Source of the DNA: an uncultured Eubacteriales bacterium
Lineage (GTDB): Bacteria; Acidobacteriota; Aminicenantia; Aminicenantales; Aminicenantaceae
Direction of reading: 5' to 3'
Length of the DNA stretch: 64,000 nucleotides
NCBI GenBank assembly: GCA_964410125.1
Contig: CAYPGQ010000005.1
Span: 21,395-85,394, forward strand
A program made the translations under genes and the position numbers. Each line of letters opens with the position of its first letter. Position 1 is the stretch's first letter. Below are positions 30,977 through 40,439 of this stretch, in pieces. The notes under the pieces are model-generated. The model saw nothing but the letters and a program-made list of their open reading frames with translations, ran no database searches and had not been told where the DNA came from.

Positions 30977-32197
30977 TTATACCAGTCCTGAAAGGGCGAT
31001 CGCTTCAGTTGTCACTTTTTTCGAGGAAAAAAAGTCCATCAGTTTTTCCCAATCTGTCTGAATACGAAGAAAGTTGTAATATGGATTTTCTTCAGAGTCA
31101 GCTTGAATTTTTGCTAGATAGATGTTTCTCATGCATTCCATGGCGCCTTGGGGATCTCCGGCACACATATAATCCAAGGCAAGCATTTGGTTGGATCGGT
31201 ATATTTTTTCTTCAAGGTCATCTTTAAGAAATTCTCCTGGGTAGGGATCTAGTTCTGAAGCATGAAGAGGATGCAAACCTGGATATCCCTCCTGACCATT
31301 CAGCTTCTTTTTTTCGAAAACAAACCGGAATATATCTTCCCTTACCTGTTCCCATTTGGGCGAAGTTTTTGGCGGAGCCATGTGTTTGATGGAGAGCTGA
31401 TTATCCAGGTAGGTCTTAAACCCGAACATCCGGGCATTGATCAGAAAATCAATGTCTTCTCCTCTAGGGATTGAAGGATCGAAGGGTATACGGGTGAAGA
31501 GGTCCTTGTGCAAAACCAGATTTCCTCCGAAGGCAAATGGTGTAACTTCAAGCCTCGGTTCCTCAGCAATTATCTGTTTGAATGCCCTGTTCATGCAGTC
31601 GATTTTGTTCCAGTAGGTCATCCAAGGAAGGATTTCCCTATTGAGGAGGAAGTCATCGTCAGGATTGATATAATAACCAGCCACTGCCAGGATTCTTTCT
31701 CCGTGCTTTTCTTGATCGATGAACTCAAGGGCCTTATCCATGAAATCCGGATCCTCGAATATTTCGTCATCATCGATCAGGACAGCTATCTCAGAGCCTA
31801 ACAGGTGCGGAACAAAGGTGCAGAGGTTGCGGACATTGGAATAGCCGTCAAGTTGGAGCAAGGATGTCATCTCTTCCTTTTTTTTCAGGGATAAAAATTG
31901 GTGAATTTTCGATAGATGGGAGTAAGAAAAAAGAAAAGTTTCCACATTCTTTGCGTGGTCCTCGATGATGGAAGCAATTTTGTTCTCCGCATCTTCCCGG
32001 ATATCCGATGCCGTAGCCACCCCTAGTATCACGAGTTGGAAATCTTTGCTTTTGATGATGGAAAGGCTATCGAGGAGGCGGCCGAGGGTTCCTTCTTCAT
32101 CCAAAGGTGTGGGATGGTCATAGATGGTATCCGTTTCTTTACGTCCTTCCTCTTTTTTCCGTCCCCAGTAGCTGGGGATAACCATGGTGACTTTCAT
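30977..32197 (-). CDS. GT-A fold glycosyltransferase
   Basis: N-terminal VTMVIPSYW, a DxD-type motif LIDDDE and a downstream RGEDID acidic motif. Confidence 0.5.
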   Translation of the reverse strand: MKVTMVIPSYWGRKKEEGRKETDTIYDHPTPLDEEGTLGRLLDSLSIIKSKDFQLVILGVATASDIREDAENKIASIIEDHAKNVETFLFSYSHLSKIHQFLSLKKKEEMTSLLQLDGYSNVRNLCTFVPHLLGSEIAVLIDDDEIFEDPDFMDKALEFIDQEKHGERILAVAGYYINPDDDFLLNREILPWMTYWNKIDCMNRAFKQIIAEEPRLEVTPFAFGGNLVLHKDLFTRIPFDPSIPRGEDIDFLINARMFGFKTYLDNQLSIKHMAPPKTSPKWEQVREDIFRFVFEKKKLNGQEGYPGLHPLHASELDPYPGEFLKDDLEEKIYRSNQMLALDYMCAGDPQGAMECMRNIYLAKIQADSEENPYYNFLRIQTDWEKLMDFFSSKKVTTEAIALSGLV

Positions 32198-33429
32198 TTT
32201 TTTCTCCCTTTTGTTTGGCTTAGAGGAGGTTTGGACATCATGTCCTCCAATACAGCCTCCAATCGGGCTACGCCTTTATCCCAGGCATAGCGATCCTCCA
32301 TGAGCTTTCGTGCATTGTTCTGTATCCTTTGGTAGAGATCGATGTTCCCGATCAAATCCGCGATTCCTTTGACAAAATCGTCGGGCCTATCGGCAAGGAT
32401 TATGTTTTCGCCATCGGAAGCAGGGATGCCTTCTGATCCCAACCGGGTGGATACCACAGGACGGCCCAACGCCATGGCTTCCAGTATTTTCCCCCGGAAT
32501 CCGCCTCCGAGCCTCACAGGACAGATGAACACTTTGCCTTTCCGCAAGTAGGGAGTGACATCGTCCACGGTTCCCGTCACAACAATAGATTTATCTGCAG
32601 AAAGACGGGTGATTTCTGGGGGTGGAGACTGGCCCACCACATAGAATTTCAGATCCGGCAGGGCCTTTTTCAGGCGTGGCCATATTTCTGCATGGAAATA
32701 CAGGACGGCATCCACATTCGGATAATGGAGGTAGTTGCCAAGAAATACCAGGCTGTTATCTTCTTCAGCTTGAGGGGAAAAGGCGAAGGTTTCCACATCC
32801 ACGCCATGGGGGACGATGGCGATGTCAAGATCCGGGCAGATCGCTAAAAGTTTGTCTTTTCCTTGTGGGGTCAAGGCAAGGACTTTGTCGGCGTTCCTGT
32901 ACATGTCGAATTCATATTTTTTCAAGCCTTTGAGATTGATCGCCTCTTTCAGTTTATCGAGACCGAGATTCTGATGCTGGAAACTTTTGAGACGGGCCAG
33001 ATAATAACATTCGTGGACGGACATGATCCTTCTTGTGGGAGGTAGATCTGGATTTTTATGAAGAAATTGGCCCATGACCGAATATTCGGCGATGACAAAA
33101 TCGTAGTTGTCTTTTTTCACCATTTCTGCGATGGTGTGCGCCATCTCTTCGGAATCATGAATCCGGAGAAAGTAGTAGGGGACAGGGGATAAAAAAAAGT
33201 GCGCCGCTGCTTTTATTAGAGAGCGTTTGGCTGGCAACGGAACGAGTTTTAAGTCATGGCAGAACGGCTGTACAGAGGGAATGTGTATTTCGTCTCCCGG
33301 TTTGCTGAAGGCCGTGAGAGAGACCAAGTGCTTTTTCGCAAGATATTTCAGCCGGTTGTAGATAATGATCGGCCCGCCAATGACTTTCGAATGCGGGAAT
33401 TCCTTGCAGGCGATCAAGATTTTCATCAT
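32194..33429 (-). CDS. GT4-family (GT-B) glycosyltransferase
   Basis: C-terminal EX7E-type region RGKILEAMALGRPVVSTRLGSEGI. Overlaps the upstream GT gene by 4 nt, consistent with an operon. Confidence 0.75.
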   Translation of the reverse strand: MMKILIACKEFPHSKVIGGPIIIYNRLKYLAKKHLVSLTAFSKPGDEIHIPSVQPFCHDLKLVPLPAKRSLIKAAAHFFLSPVPYYFLRIHDSEEMAHTIAEMVKKDNYDFVIAEYSVMGQFLHKNPDLPPTRRIMSVHECYYLARLKSFQHQNLGLDKLKEAINLKGLKKYEFDMYRNADKVLALTPQGKDKLLAICPDLDIAIVPHGVDVETFAFSPQAEEDNSLVFLGNYLHYPNVDAVLYFHAEIWPRLKKALPDLKFYVVGQSPPPEITRLSADKSIVVTGTVDDVTPYLRKGKVFICPVRLGGGFRGKILEAMALGRPVVSTRLGSEGIPASDGENIILADRPDDFVKGIADLIGNIDLYQRIQNNARKLMEDRYAWDKGVARLEAVLEDMMSKPPLSQTKGRKK

Positions 33430-33539
33430 CGCACTTTCATATCAAAATCAGGCAGCTTTTGTCCAGCAAAATAAAATAAGGAGGTTTTTTTCCATTATAA
33501 CTTACCCACACAAAATGGAAGAGAACCAAGAGGGAAAGC

Positions 33540-33938
33540 CTATTTTATTTTCAGGGCAATAAGCTTTTTCACCTGTTTTATAATGGCGGAAACCGTATTT
33601 TCGACGATTATCCGGCCTTTTTCCCTGGTTGCCAGGGTAGGATCCCCCCATATTCCTGTGGGGCTGAAGTGCTCTTTTCCATCAGGATCGCGCGTCAAAC
33701 CTCTTCGGTCAGGCCGAGAATCATAGTCTTTCACGGCCTTGGACATGTCGACCGTTTCCGGAGCGAGATACAGCATCATGGATGTTTCCCCCTCGTCCGC
33801 ATGTGTGCCGCCTTCTTGGAGTGCTTTTTCCGCTTCCATCCAAGTGAGGTTTTCGAGGACCACAGATGCTTTGTCTGCATAGGATACAAAGGGATTCAGA
33901 ATAAAAAGGATTAAAACTAACAGTTTAAGTTTCTTCAT
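33540..33938 (-). pseudogene. Creatininase-family remnant (internal deletion) with an acquired signal-peptide-like N-terminus
   Basis: A signal-peptide-like N-terminus is followed directly by creatininase N- and C-terminal segments (LENLTWMEAEKAL, HADEGETSMMLYLAPETVD, ATREKGRIIVENTVSAI). The central metal-binding core is missing. Its ATG abuts the radical SAM stop (TAGAATG). Confidence 0.35.
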
Positions 33939-33939
33939 T

Positions 33940-34935
33940 CTAACTCCAGTCGAAAGGATTTTTGCGATTAAAATCCGGTGTCCGGTGTTCCTCTGATGTG
34001 AAAGGCTCGGGTTGGATAAACAAGGTTTCGAATCCGCAATCGAGCGCTTTCTCCACCACTTTGTTATATTCCTCGACATCCAGGGGCCTTTGCAGGCTGG
34101 CGGGAGCTTTGTGGCAGGGTTTGTATTGGCTCATCAAGCTAAGAGCGGTTCCAACCCTGCAATTTTGGGCCAGCCACCGGAGGACCTTTATTGAGTCTTC
34201 GTTTTGTCCGGGCAGAACCAAGTGCCGAATGATAAGTCCTTTTTGTGCAATGTCTTGGTCATCACAAATAAATGCCGGCATTTGGCGATACATTTCTTGG
34301 ATCGAAGCACTGGCAAAAAGGAAGTAGTCGGATGCTTGAGAAAGAGTCTGGCTCAGCTGGGAGGAGAAGTACTTGCAGTCCGGGAGATAGATGTCCACGA
34401 TTCCATCTAAATATTGAATAACTTCGGCTTTTTCATACCCGTTTGAGTTGTACACCAAGGGAATTCGGAGTCCATGGTTGTAGGCCTTTTGTAAGGCTTT
34501 CAAAATGGGAAGAAGAATGTGGGTAGGGGAGACCAGGTTGATGTTCAGCGCCCCAATATTCTGGAGGCCGATCATTTGTGCAGCAATATCATCCGCAGTC
34601 TGTTCTTTTCCTTGGTTGAACCAGCTGAGTTGGTAGTTTTGGCAGAAGCAGCATTTCAGGTTGCATCCGGAGAAAAAAAGAGTTCCCGATCCTGGCCGGG
34701 GAACTGTTGATTTATCCGTTTTTTCGGCACAGTCATGAAGACCGCTTAAAACGGGTTCCTCCCCGAAATGGAGGATAGCATGGGAAAGAATGGCTAGATC
34801 CGCCGTCTGGCAAAATCCTTTTTCGCCGGATTTTCTGTCGACTCCACATTCTCTCGGGCAGAGCTTGCACTCTGTTTCGTGTCTAGCTAGATGATACAGA
34901 GCTTCTTCGATTTTATCTAGTTTTTGCTTTTGCAT
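33940..34935 (-). CDS. Radical SAM protein (PflX / COG1313-like activating-enzyme family)
   Basis: CX3CX2C cluster FFSGCNLKCCFCQNY, an additional N-terminal Cys cluster CKLCPREC, and a TIM-barrel length (331 aa). Confidence 0.7.
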   Translation of the reverse strand: MQKQKLDKIEEALYHLARHETECKLCPRECGVDRKSGEKGFCQTADLAILSHAILHFGEEPVLSGLHDCAEKTDKSTVPRPGSGTLFFSGCNLKCCFCQNYQLSWFNQGKEQTADDIAAQMIGLQNIGALNINLVSPTHILLPILKALQKAYNHGLRIPLVYNSNGYEKAEVIQYLDGIVDIYLPDCKYFSSQLSQTLSQASDYFLFASASIQEMYRQMPAFICDDQDIAQKGLIIRHLVLPGQNEDSIKVLRWLAQNCRVGTALSLMSQYKPCHKAPASLQRPLDVEEYNKVVEKALDCGFETLFIQPEPFTSEEHRTPDFNRKNPFDWS

Positions 34936-35002
34936 TTAGACATGTATTTTCTGTCTTTAGGCTCTCCTTTACTATAATTATTTTTCCTCCGTTCGTAAAT
35001 AG

Positions 35003-35209
35003 CCTGAATTATTCATAAACATGATTTTTTTTACGGAATTTAATGTTATATGCATTGAAATCAGGGACATATTGCCAGAAATTGGGGACATGTACCGATT
35101 TGTTTTGAAATCGGTAACGTGTCCCCTGAATTTCTGGTACATGTCCCTTGATTTTAAGCTCGTACATGAATAATTCAGGGTAACCTGGATAATTTATGAA
35201 TTATCCAGG
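35003..35209. repeat. Structured palindromic repeat element, copy A (MITE-like; TIRs CCTGAATTATTCAT / ATGAATAATTCAGG)
   Basis: About 90% identical to 63347..63508 except for two roughly 20-bp insertions. It contains the central hairpin GGGACATGTACCGATTT...AAATCGGTAACGTGTCCC and a second perfect palindrome CCTGGATAATT-TATG-AATTATCCAGG. It lies immediately upstream of the gene at 35264. Confidence 0.65.
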
Positions 35210-35263
35210 ATAGCTAAAAAAGCCTGATTGACATTCTTTTTTAATTGAATATTATAGGAACAA

Positions 35264-35743
35264 ATGCTGAATGATTTTGTGGAATTCCTGAATAATTTTC
35301 AATTGAACAGGGAGTTCATTGTCCTGATCGTGAGCATGCTCCCGATATTCGAGCTCCGGGGAGCCATTCCGTTGGCAGTGCTCCATTTTAACATGCCGGT
35401 GCTCACCGCATTCCTGCTATCCTGGATAGGCAATTTGATCCCCATCCTGCCCATAATTTATTTTCTGGAGCCGATTAGAAAAGCCCTCTCCCACATAAGG
35501 ATTGTGGATAAGTTTTTTAAATGGTTTTACTCTCGGACCTACAGGCGAGGAAAAAAAGCCATGAAATGGGGTGCCATCGGCCTTTCTCTTTTTGTCGCTA
35601 TTCCCTTGCCCGTGACAGGTGCGTGGACCGGCTCTGTGGTGGCGATTCTATTTGATATCAAACCCCGGTATGCTTTTCCGGCGATAATCTTGGGGGTAAC
35701 TATTGCCGGAATCCTTGTGTCCGCTTTTGTCTCAATATTTTAA
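35264..35743 (+). CDS. Small polytopic membrane protein (COG2426 / Sm_multidrug_ex-like)
   Basis: 159 aa with four predicted TM helices. The conserved ELRGAIPLAV segment resembles the putative small multidrug export protein family. Confidence 0.45.
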   Translation: MLNDFVEFLNNFQLNREFIVLIVSMLPIFELRGAIPLAVLHFNMPVLTAFLLSWIGNLIPILPIIYFLEPIRKALSHIRIVDKFFKWFYSRTYRRGKKAMKWGAIGLSLFVAIPLPVTGAWTGSVVAILFDIKPRYAFPAIILGVTIAGILVSAFVSIF

Positions 35744-35772
35744 CTAATCCGGATTATTCACGATCTTAAGAT

Positions 35773-36576
35773 TTATAGGATTTCCGTTTCGAGCGATTCC
35801 AGCATTTTATGGAGTTTGACAGACTGGACATAGGTTAGGTCTGTGGAGTCGTTTTGGAGAGGCGTTACGGTTATGTATCCTTGTTTAATGATCATAACAT
35901 CGCTGTCTTTATCCCCGATAGCCTTGGGATTCCCGGTCCCGATCCAATAATAAAGCCGTCCTCTGGGATCCTCTTTTTCGATGACGCGCGGATTGTACCT
36001 TTTTTGGCCGAGGTGCGCTATTTTGATACCTCTCAAGGGAGGAGCGGGAATATTGATGTTCAGGAATATTCCTTGAGGAAGGGGATTTTCCAGGATTTCC
36101 CTGGCGAGGGTGTGCACGATCTTAGCAGCCGCAGCGAAGAAAAAACAGCCCTCCTTGTCGGGAATAAGAGAAACGGCCATCGAAGGGATGTCGAGAAAAG
36201 CTCCCTGTCTGGCGCCCGCTACGGTCCCGGAGTAAAAGGTATCCTGTTGTCCGAGATTCGGCCCATGATTGATCCCGGAGATGAGCAGATCGGGAATTCG
36301 AGGCAGGAACTTCTGGACAGCCAGGTACACACAATCTGCCGGTGTTCCGGTCACTGCATATCTATTTTTTTTGACGGGCTTAACACGCAAAGGATGATGG
36401 AGTGTTAGGGCCAGGGAAGAAGCGCTTTTTTCTTGATCCGGGGCGACGATATAAATCTGACCCAAATTGGTGAGTTCATCGGATAAAACAGAAATTCCCT
36501 CTGCATACAAACCGTCATCATTGGTCAACAAGATCAGCGGTTTTGTCATTATCATCGGTTTAATTACCTCTTTCAA
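35773..36576 (-). CDS. surE: 5'/3'-nucleotidase SurE
   Basis: LILLTNDDGLYAEGI and YIVAPDQEKSASS motifs. The true start may be an internal Met (MIMTKP). Confidence 0.85.
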   Translation of the reverse strand: MKEVIKPMIMTKPLILLTNDDGLYAEGISVLSDELTNLGQIYIVAPDQEKSASSLALTLHHPLRVKPVKKNRYAVTGTPADCVYLAVQKFLPRIPDLLISGINHGPNLGQQDTFYSGTVAGARQGAFLDIPSMAVSLIPDKEGCFFFAAAAKIVHTLAREILENPLPQGIFLNINIPAPPLRGIKIAHLGQKRYNPRVIEKEDPRGRLYYWIGTGNPKAIGDKDSDVMIIKQGYITVTPLQNDSTDLTYVQSVKLHKMLESLETEIL

Positions 36577-36736
36577 GCCAATGCTGTCAATTTAAAACTG
36601 TCCTTAAATAACCTTCTATTTCATCAAACGTTCCCAGCATACACGACGTTGCGACTGAAGGGAGCAATGTCCCGAAGGGCGAGGGCAATATAACCCGTAG
36701 CGTATATGCTGTGCTATATGAAGTGGCGGGATCATT

Positions 36737-39283
36737 TTATCCCTTCAATGCTGAAATTAATTCTTTAACACTTTTAAATATGTATTTTTCAAAGTCTTCC
36801 TGACCTACTCTCATGAATGACCACTTACTCCCCGATAGACCCATAGCATCCTTGCACCATTTTTTCATCCTTTTGTCCTTATGCTCAACATCAACATCTT
36901 CTCTTCCTTTTGTTTCAATAATTAATCGTTCGCTCTCGTCAATTGTCACTAAAAAGTCGGGGTAATATAATCTAAGGTTATCCTTTGAATCTTTATACTC
37001 TACAAAGAACCCTATTTTGGGAACGATTTTACTGAAAGCCTCTACATCCTCAGCTCTGTCTAAAAATTTGGCAAAATCTAGCTCAAAATCATTATCACAT
37101 GGCACATAGTTAAAAATGCATCTATTGGCTAAATAAACCAATTTTGACCATACAAAAGGTCTAGTATCCGAGAGTCTTATGACATCCCTCTTTTCGGGCT
37201 CTCTTTCGGTGAAAGTCATATCTCTGAATGCATTTATGAATAAACTTATCAATTGTTCTTGAACTTCAGGAGAACTCAACTTATAAAGAACTCTGGGGTC
37301 TTCAAGGTCCACTTTCTCTGTAAACAATTTTTCCTCAACATATCTTTTCACCACGGGATAAAAACTTGCAAAGGCACCACCTATTTTTAGTTGTTTAAGT
37401 ATCTGGTCTGTATAATAAGCGATTACACTTTTGGAATCCTGAGGCACAGGCAAATCCCATTTTCTCTTTATAACTTCCATCCCTTTGAGCATATCCACAG
37501 CAATATATTCCATTTCTAAGCTTTTATTTTCTAAAGGAATCTTCAAGAAAGTTAGATTATCAATCTCTATTTCATCCAAATAAAATTCTCTTATGAGAAT
37601 TCTTGGACTCAGGATCGGTATTTCAATGTCCTTATCCAATTTATTTTCATCTATAAATATGGTGGTTAAATTAATCGACTTCCTGATGTCAAATTCGGCA
37701 AACTTTATATCTTCCTGATTTTCTAATTCTTCAAGAATATCTATCAGCCCGGGAGGTCCAATGACTTCGAGAACATTTACGGATTTGACTATATTTGCAT
37801 CTTCTTCTGGAAACATCTTCCTTAAGCCTCTTCCAATAACTTGTTCTGGAAGTACTTTTCTTTTTGAAGTATAAGACCGTAGTCCCACAATCACATTTAC
37901 ATTTCTCACATCCCACCCCTCATTTAACATTAATGTGCTGACTATTGCCTCGTAGGGATTTTTTTCAGGGTCAGGGTTATCAATAGTCTTTGCAAACTCT
38001 CTCGCCTTGGGCAAGTCTGCTTTTTTTACTTCTCCAGTACTATCCGTGTGTATCAATAATACTTTATCTTTAAGGTCTGGAACAGCAGAGTTCACATACC
38101 CAAATATTTCGTCTGCCTCCTTGTTCTCAGGGCATTGAAAGAAAAGCACAGGCTTCTTTGATAAGGGTCTCAATGCCTTTTTGTATTCTCGCCATCTTCT
38201 TATTCCCGCATCAATCCATGCTCTATATCTCTCAACAGCTTTAGTTGAAGCAATCTCGGAAGCATCTTTGACTATACCCTTTAGTGGTAATTTTACGATG
38301 TTCATTTCAATTGCTTCCTTGAGTGAGAAGTCCACGACAATCCATGGGAATAGGGCACCGGTCTCAGTTTTAGGCGTAGCCGAGAAGTCCAACTCCATAT
38401 TAATGCCTTTACCGGATTGAGAAACTAGATCTTTGTTAAGACCTAAAAGTATTTTCTTCCATGCCTTTTCAAAACTGTATATATGGTGGGCTTCGTCCTT
38501 CAAAATCATGATATTAGAGCAGGAAGTCAAAACCTCTTTTATTCTATTTTCTTGATAAATATCAGAAACATTATAAACTTCTGGCAATTCCATAACTTTA
38601 TCTACATACTCTTCTACTTCTTTCTTTTTGCTCTGCCGTTGTTCTAACTGCTGAATATTGGTTAAAAATAGCACACCCTCAGGAATAACATGAATTGGGT
38701 CTTCCTTAAGGATTACTTTTAAGTCGAACTCCTCTTGCCATTCTGGTGGAACAATCGGCAATTCTCTAAATATTTTTCCATCCTTAAAATCTCTGCAAAG
38801 CCTATCATAAATGACATTTTTCTCACCAGCGATAACCAGAAACTTGGATGTGTAATCATCTTTGTTTTCTCTCTTATGATTAAAGTAAGACCAGACTGTT
38901 GTTAATATCATCACAAAAGTTTTACCGGAGCCAGTTGCCATCTTGAATGCATAAAGAGGATATTGGTCATAAGAAGGGTCATACCCTTGTATGGGTCCCG
39001 CTCCAAAGTCCCTTGCCATATCTATAAAGTTTCTCTTTTTCATTACTTCATAAACATAAATCAGTGTTTCAATCGCTTCTCTCTGGCAGAACCAGAACTT
39101 GAAAGGCTCACCATCTACAATATGATCTTCACTAAACCAGAATCGCAACAAACGACGGCTGGTATCTGTTATGTTGGGATAGTCGTCTTCTCGCCAAGTG
39201 ATTACTGCTTTTCTTAGTTCATTAACCAAATATGCCTTACTTGGTCGTCTTTGTTCTGGGTGTAAGAGTTCAGTTGATTTCAT
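36737..39283 (-). CDS. Type III restriction enzyme Res subunit (SF2 helicase + PD-(D/E)xK endonuclease)
   Basis: Walker A MATGSGKTFVM, DEAH box ILKDEAHH, helicase motif VI-like VIGRGLR, and a C-terminal IIETKG endonuclease motif. Confidence 0.7.
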   Translation of the reverse strand: MKSTELLHPEQRRPSKAYLVNELRKAVITWREDDYPNITDTSRRLLRFWFSEDHIVDGEPFKFWFCQREAIETLIYVYEVMKKRNFIDMARDFGAGPIQGYDPSYDQYPLYAFKMATGSGKTFVMILTTVWSYFNHKRENKDDYTSKFLVIAGEKNVIYDRLCRDFKDGKIFRELPIVPPEWQEEFDLKVILKEDPIHVIPEGVLFLTNIQQLEQRQSKKKEVEEYVDKVMELPEVYNVSDIYQENRIKEVLTSCSNIMILKDEAHHIYSFEKAWKKILLGLNKDLVSQSGKGINMELDFSATPKTETGALFPWIVVDFSLKEAIEMNIVKLPLKGIVKDASEIASTKAVERYRAWIDAGIRRWREYKKALRPLSKKPVLFFQCPENKEADEIFGYVNSAVPDLKDKVLLIHTDSTGEVKKADLPKAREFAKTIDNPDPEKNPYEAIVSTLMLNEGWDVRNVNVIVGLRSYTSKRKVLPEQVIGRGLRKMFPEEDANIVKSVNVLEVIGPPGLIDILEELENQEDIKFAEFDIRKSINLTTIFIDENKLDKDIEIPILSPRILIREFYLDEIEIDNLTFLKIPLENKSLEMEYIAVDMLKGMEVIKRKWDLPVPQDSKSVIAYYTDQILKQLKIGGAFASFYPVVKRYVEEKLFTEKVDLEDPRVLYKLSSPEVQEQLISLFINAFRDMTFTEREPEKRDVIRLSDTRPFVWSKLVYLANRCIFNYVPCDNDFELDFAKFLDRAEDVEAFSKIVPKIGFFVEYKDSKDNLRLYYPDFLVTIDESERLIIETKGREDVDVEHKDKRMKKWCKDAMGLSGSKWSFMRVGQEDFEKYIFKSVKELISALKG

Positions 39284-40439
39284 CGCTTGTCACCTTGCAT
39301 CGGGGTATGGATAATATAAATTCCGTTTCCGTTGCATTTAACTTAATCTCTTTGTTTAATCTTTCTCTTATCGTTTTAATCATTCTGGGAACACCACTAC
39401 CGATATCTGTTACCATCCCAATTTTCAAAAGTAGATTATAAATAGTTGGATTTCGAAGGACATGACAGGATATCTTCATGCTATCTATAGTAACTGTATT
39501 AGGTAACCTTCCTGGCGTTCTGATTTCTATTCTGTCCTCAAATATGAATAATCTTATCGGAGCATTAATTGTATAATCTCGATGAGCTATCGCATTTACA
39601 ATCCCTTCTCTTAAAACTTTTTCAGGAATTTCAGGGTATAATTCTGATTCAAAACCTTTTATTTTGTGTTCTTCCTTTATATACAACTTCAGAAATTTTA
39701 ATGAGTTCTCAAGTATATCCGGAATTTTTGCTTCTAAATCTTTTTTATCAGATGGAGGAATAGAAACATCTATACCAGGTATGTAAGCGGCTATAATCTT
39801 TGCGTATGGAATAAATTGCTGAGGGTTTTTTCCAAAAAATAATATCCCAGCAATTGTAAGTTTTTTCTTATTTGTAATAACTTTAAGATTTTTGAGATAA
39901 TTCTCAATTAAACTTTCTTCTGGAGAAATATCTAAATATTTCTCCAGAAAATATATAAAGTAATCCATGTTAAGGCTGCCAAGTGGGGTTTTAGAGATAG
40001 GGGTCTCGTCATAATAAATGCTTCCGCTTGTTTGATAAAGCCTCCTAACTTCTAGCCATGAGGCTTGCCTACATCTATTCCCTGACTTAATATAATAAAG
40101 ACCACTTTTTGTTCGATAAGGTCTTTGCTCCCCTTTAGGAATATTGATAATTAAAACAATTTCACCATCCATATCCACTGTTTCTGGGAGAATACTAATA
40201 GGAGATTCACATCTATTGAATGCAACATCATCAATCTTTCTTACTGCTTCATCCAAATCTTCAACTCCTACAATATCACCTGAGTTGCCAATACCAATTA
40301 TTAATTGCCCACCATCTGTATTTGCAAAACAGACAATTGATTTTGCGAGAGTTTCATTATCAGGTAATCTTTCCTTGAACTCGGTATGTAAATTTTCACC
40401 TTTTAATATTTTTTCCTGTAGTTCCAATGTATCCATCAA
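39270..40439 (-). CDS. AlbA_2 / Schlafen-like divergent-AAA protein with a C-terminal HATPase-like domain
   Basis: N-terminal NLHTEFKERLPDNE...IVCFANTDGGQLIIGI is typical of the AlbA_2 domain. The C-terminal domain resembles HATPase_c_4. Its start overlaps the upstream gene by 4 nt and its end overlaps res. Confidence 0.55.
   Translation of the reverse strand: MMDTLELQEKILKGENLHTEFKERLPDNETLAKSIVCFANTDGGQLIIGIGNSGDIVGVEDLDEAVRKIDDVAFNRCESPISILPETVDMDGEIVLIINIPKGEQRPYRTKSGLYYIKSGNRCRQASWLEVRRLYQTSGSIYYDETPISKTPLGSLNMDYFIYFLEKYLDISPEESLIENYLKNLKVITNKKKLTIAGILFFGKNPQQFIPYAKIIAAYIPGIDVSIPPSDKKDLEAKIPDILENSLKFLKLYIKEEHKIKGFESELYPEIPEKVLREGIVNAIAHRDYTINAPIRLFIFEDRIEIRTPGRLPNTVTIDSMKISCHVLRNPTIYNLLLKIGMVTDIGSGVPRMIKTIRERLNKEIKLNATETEFILSIPRCKVTSDEIN

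Noticed and set aside
33669-33914. A plus-strand 81-aa ORF inside the creatininase-remnant region.
   Set aside because: The minus-strand frame carries the recognisable creatininase segments. The plus-strand ORF has no features.
36577-36736. A search for an attL/attR-type direct repeat of the tRNA-Pro 3' end at the distal island boundary, and for an integrase.
   Set aside because: Only a 7-nt match (GTCCCGA) in the wrong orientation was seen. No integrase or transposase ORF exists in the island. The island call therefore rests on composition, strand bias and content only.
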